A stretch of DNA of 63,226 nucleotides, the filler included, from Pelomyxa schiedti (Eukaryota; Protista; Evosea), in NCBI GenBank assembly GCA_020536535.1. It is 13 parts of 13 records of this genome, joined end to end, with 100 filler letters (N's around TTAATTAATTAA, not from the genome) between each part and the next. Parts side by side here need not be neighbours in the genome. Positions count along the whole stretch, not along the records: positions 54,382 to 60,454 come from JAHLWZ010000742.1; positions 60,555 to 61,827 come from JAHLWZ010002630.1; positions 61,928 to 63,226 come from JAHLWZ010002608.1; 10 more parts are not named here. One strand, given 5' to 3'. A model generated the notes under the pieces. It did no database searches, was not told where the DNA came from, and saw only the letters and a list, made by a program, of their open reading frames with translations. The number at the start of each line of letters is the position of its first letter. Position 1 is the first letter of the stretch. This document shows, piece by piece, positions 60,165-63,226 of this stretch. The position numbers were made by a program, and so were the translations under genes.

Positions 60165-60454
60165 TTAATTAATCCTGGGCGCGTTGGTCCCTTCCTGGTA
60201 GGAGCGAATCGACTTCTGAGTCTGACTTAGTGGGACGGAGAGATCCCCACTTTGGGTTTCGACTACCAATTTGGGTACAAATTCAGCTCCCCAATGTTCA
60301 CACAAATTGTCTTCAATCTCCCCTATCCCATCCTGTGTGATTCTGTAGAATACACAAGCAAACTCTCTGCGAGTGCGAGCACGAACACTGAGACTGAGAG
60401 ACTGACCTGCTGAGTCAGCACTCGGACCTGACATCTTAGGAAATCAAGTTCGCG
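60165..60454 (-). CDS. 3' end of a hypothetical gene whose last exon consists of repeat R1 sequence (R1 copy 3, 60206-60333)
   Basis: RELDFLRCQVRVLTQQ, 74-nt GT-AG intron (60333-60406), then DGIGEIEDNLCEHWGAEFVPKLVVETQSG...PRIN*. Confidence 0.5.
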
Positions 60455-60554
60455 NNNNNNNNNNNNNNNNNNNNNNNNNNNNNNNNNNNNNNNNNNNNTT
60501 AATTAATTAANNNNNNNNNNNNNNNNNNNNNNNNNNNNNNNNNNNNNNNNNNNN

Positions 60555-61237
60555 GAAAAAAAAAAAAAAAAAAAAAAAAAAAAGGAAGCAGAAAAGGGTA
60601 CAAGAAGGGAAACAGCTGATAGCAGTTGTGGATTCTTTTTCAGTTCGTTTTTAAGGCTTCCTGCAGTGATTACAACAACATCAGTTGTACTGATTGTGAG
60701 ATTCCAGCATTTAGAGGAAGTAGAACCCCCGTAGAGTGCTTCTACTCTTTTATTTACACAGTTATAAGAGGAGAAGAAAGTATCTACCTCATACCGCAAG
60801 TTGCATTGTTCTGAGAACTGACTGGCCTGCTGCATTGACAGTGCCACATTCTGGCAAACAAATAAAACTTTCCCCACCCAGTGAACAACAGCCAAAATCA
60901 AGTGTACTAATTACTTTTTTTCAAAGGGTCTCTTTTGTGGTGCCACTGAGCCAGCCTTATTGCAATGAGAGTCTTTCCAGTATTTGTGTCAAGTGACACA
61001 ACTGTGTTCCCTCTTTTACACACTTCCAACAAATCCCTCTGATAGCCCCTATTTCAAAAAGTAAAGTAATTTAACGACTACTCCCTCCAATTTTTAGGAT
61101 GTTTTGGTTACCCCCGGCCCGACGCTCCCATAGTTTAGTTTTTCCACTCACCTCATTACAGCCACACCCTCGCCATCGTCGTCGACACCGCCTCCCTGTG
61201 TTCTTGTGGTTGTTGTCGTTGACGACGTGCCTGACAT
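60555..61237 (-). CDS. Dicer/RIG-I-like (DExD/H) helicase, 5' part
   Basis: AAAATG at 61237. Spliced MR|GYQRDLLEVCKRGNTVVSLDTNTGKTLIA, |VLFVCQNVALSMQQA, YGG..., DVVVITAGSLKN...SAVSLLV: the Q-motif, Walker A and motifs Ia/Ib of the Dicer/RLR Hel1 domain. Confidence 0.8.
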
Positions 61238-61593
61238 TTTCCCACAACCGTGTTTCGTTTTTTCGATTTTTTTTCCCAAGTGATCGTTTGATGATATCAA
61301 CACTCCAGTGTTGACGCAGCCAAGTTGGTTCTTTGACCCATTACTGACCCCAGGCCAGGTGACACCCTGAACGTGACTGCAGTCGGTTGCCCACCGCTGC
61401 ATAGGAACGAAGAAGAACCTCTGTGTCTGGTGGCACCACAGCAGCGGGTTCGAGGGTGTGATATCAACAGCATGGCCACGAAATCCGTGGTCTCGTGCAC
61501 TCTGGGAGACGCTGACCGACACGGTTGCTCCGGCGGAAACAAATTATGGGGTGTTGCTTTGTAAGCGGCGTTGGTGTGCATATCTGGGTCAAA

Positions 61594-61721
61594 GGGCGGC
61601 TGTTTTTTTCCCTATCACTTTCCTGTAAAAAAAGCCGCCCAGCCGCCCCCTCAAAACAGCCGCCGGGCGGCTGTTTTAATAAGGAAAAAAAATTAAAACA
61701 GCCGCGCGGGCGGCTGTTTTA
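61594..61721. repeat. Array of GC-cored palindromes built from AAAACAGCCGC / GCGGCTGTTTT
   Basis: Perfect hairpins at 61653-61677 and 61694-61721, plus an imperfect one at 61594-61640. Confidence 0.9.
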
Positions 61722-61927
61722 CCAATGGGGAAAAGCCATGTTGTTTCAATGTTTTTAACAGGTTTGAGTCTGCAACATGTAGACAAGGTGGACAGTTGGT
61801 AGTTCTAAGGGGAAAATTTTTTTTGTTNNNNNNNNNNNNNNNNNNNNNNNNNNNNNNNNNNNNNNNNNNNNTTAATTAATTAANNNNNNNNNNNNNNNNN
61901 NNNNNNNNNNNNNNNNNNNNNNNNNNN

Positions 61928-63226
61928 GCAGAGGGTACATTCTCAGTGTGTCGTTGATGGTCTGGCGTGACATCGTCCCCCTGGCGGTGCCCACCGGCGT
62001 CCGCGGCGAGTGGCGCGTCGGCGACTGCGTCGGGTTGATGGCCCTCGCTGACGCGCCTGCCGGGCAGTTATGGGCGCTGGCGCAGGTTCTGGCGTAGTCG
62101 AGGAGAGCGACGAGGAGAGCGACGGCGGTGGTGGGCCCACCGAAGCGAGGAAGGCGGTGGTGCACACGTCGCGGTTTTTTGGGTTGAGGTGCGCGGGTCT
62201 TGCAGGGAGCAAGAGGTGCGTGGAGTGGATTGTGGGACACACCCTCAACAGGAGGAACAATGACAAGGAGTGCCTCGCTGTGCTCAAAGGACTATGCGCT
62301 GGTATGCAGGAAATTTGATGTGTGTGTCACATACATTTGTTGTTGGATGTTTCAACAAGATGCGAAAGTTCTCACACAGACCATATTCTTCACACACAAC
62401 AGGAGGACACCTGAAGATGGCACAAGAACTTGCTGACGGGAGGAGGCCTTACTTCAAGTTACTGAGGTGGCCACCAGACATGGACGATTCCCTCAGAGAA
62501 ATGAGCCAGAAATTCCACAGCGTGCTGTTCGAGGCATGCGAGGGTGGAAACCTGGACACTGTCAAGTGGGTGATGTCAAGGTTCGGCGTGGGAACTGAGG
62601 ACTGGGAGCTCATCAAACCATTCCAGTGTGCTGTGAGACGGGGCCACGTTGACATTGTGAAATGGTTGGCATCCACAACTGGTGTCTTGGTTGCTTGCAG
62701 TAAAGCCCTCAGGCGAGAAGAGGATCTTCCTGGCAGTGCAAGTGTGGAAGTTGTGAAGCTGTGCATGGAGTGGTTTTTCAGGGATGAAAGGCTGGATCCA
62801 GCTGTGGTAGGTTATTGGGTCCTTCTCAAATACATGGAGCTGGCACCACAGCAGAGGGATGACACTGAATTCGAGGAAGGGTGCCAATGGATCAAGGACA
62901 CATTCGAGGTGCCAATAAATTCGTGCCTGTTGAGTGTCAGAAGTTGAAAAGGTTTGAAGTGGGTGTTGGACAATGTGCCACAAGAGCTGACCAAGTCAGA
63001 GTTGATGAATTTTTCAACCAGTCAGTTCTTCCTTGGTCATGAGGAAATAGTGAGCTCCTGCATCACTGAATTATCCCCAGTCACTCCTCACGATTTGGTT
63101 GCAGCATGCGGAAACGAGAAAGACAACGTGGAAACAGTGAAGTTCATTCTGTCAATGACAACAACAGCTCCAACAGCCAAAGATCTTCAAGCATGTCTCG
63201 TTCAGGCACTCTCAGTGAACAACACA
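61928..63226 (+). CDS. Ankyrin-like repeat protein, paralogue of 45481-47740; partial, with an in-frame TGA
   Basis: CAGLAGSKRCVEWI...ECLAVLKGLCAG|GHLKMAQEL aligns to the paralogue; intron 62302-62402; TGA at 62945-62947 inside continuing homology. Confidence 0.78.

Noticed and set aside
60556-60583. Poly(A) run as a retroposon tail
   Set aside because: It is a poly(T) tract inside a helicase intron on the coding strand, at the contig edge.
1-63226. An apparent cluster of immunity/ubiquitin genes (TRIM, Fic, Roco, caspase-like, helicase, RING) as a single locus
   Set aside because: They lie on different contigs joined by artificial linkers; only within-contig adjacency is meaningful.
1-63226. 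tRNA, rRNA or prokaryotic operon features
   Set aside because: None recognised by eye; tRNAscan/Infernal were not run, so small RNAs cannot be excluded.

Overview
This is eukaryotic (protist-like) draft-assembly DNA, not one continuous locus. Twelve artificial 100-bp linkers (N-run, TTAATTAATTAA, N-run) join 13 unrelated contigs, so adjacency across a linker means nothing. Genes are tightly packed, have short (about 40-100 nt) mostly GT-AG introns and often an AAAATG start context. The style suggests an amoebozoan/archamoeban such as Pelomyxa (inference, unverified). Recognisable genes: transportin/karyopherin-beta2, a GH92 alpha-mannosidase, casein kinase 1, a DH-PH-DH RhoGEF, an Asteroid-like PIN protein with a SAP domain, the 5' part of a Dicer/RIG-I-like helicase, an LRR-degenerate-Roc protein, an NT-C2/coiled-coil/RING protein, two ankyrin-like paralogues and a decayed Ty3/gypsy element. 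The most unusual observations are: (1) a RING-Bbox-Bbox-coiled-coil (TRIM) protein ending in an olfactomedin domain, plus a tandem signal-peptide-less olfactomedin gene; (2) an intron-containing, bacterial-type two-domain Fic gene with a near-canonical HPFEDGNSRCAR motif; (3) a putatively myristoylated TIR-like/SAM/Cys-less caspase-fold protein; (4) an expanded family of intronless proteins sharing an N-terminal 'Q-x-x-A-L...PRC' header; (5) two uncharacterised repeats (R1, R2) and a switchable palindrome array. All domain calls come from manual motif recognition; no database search was run.
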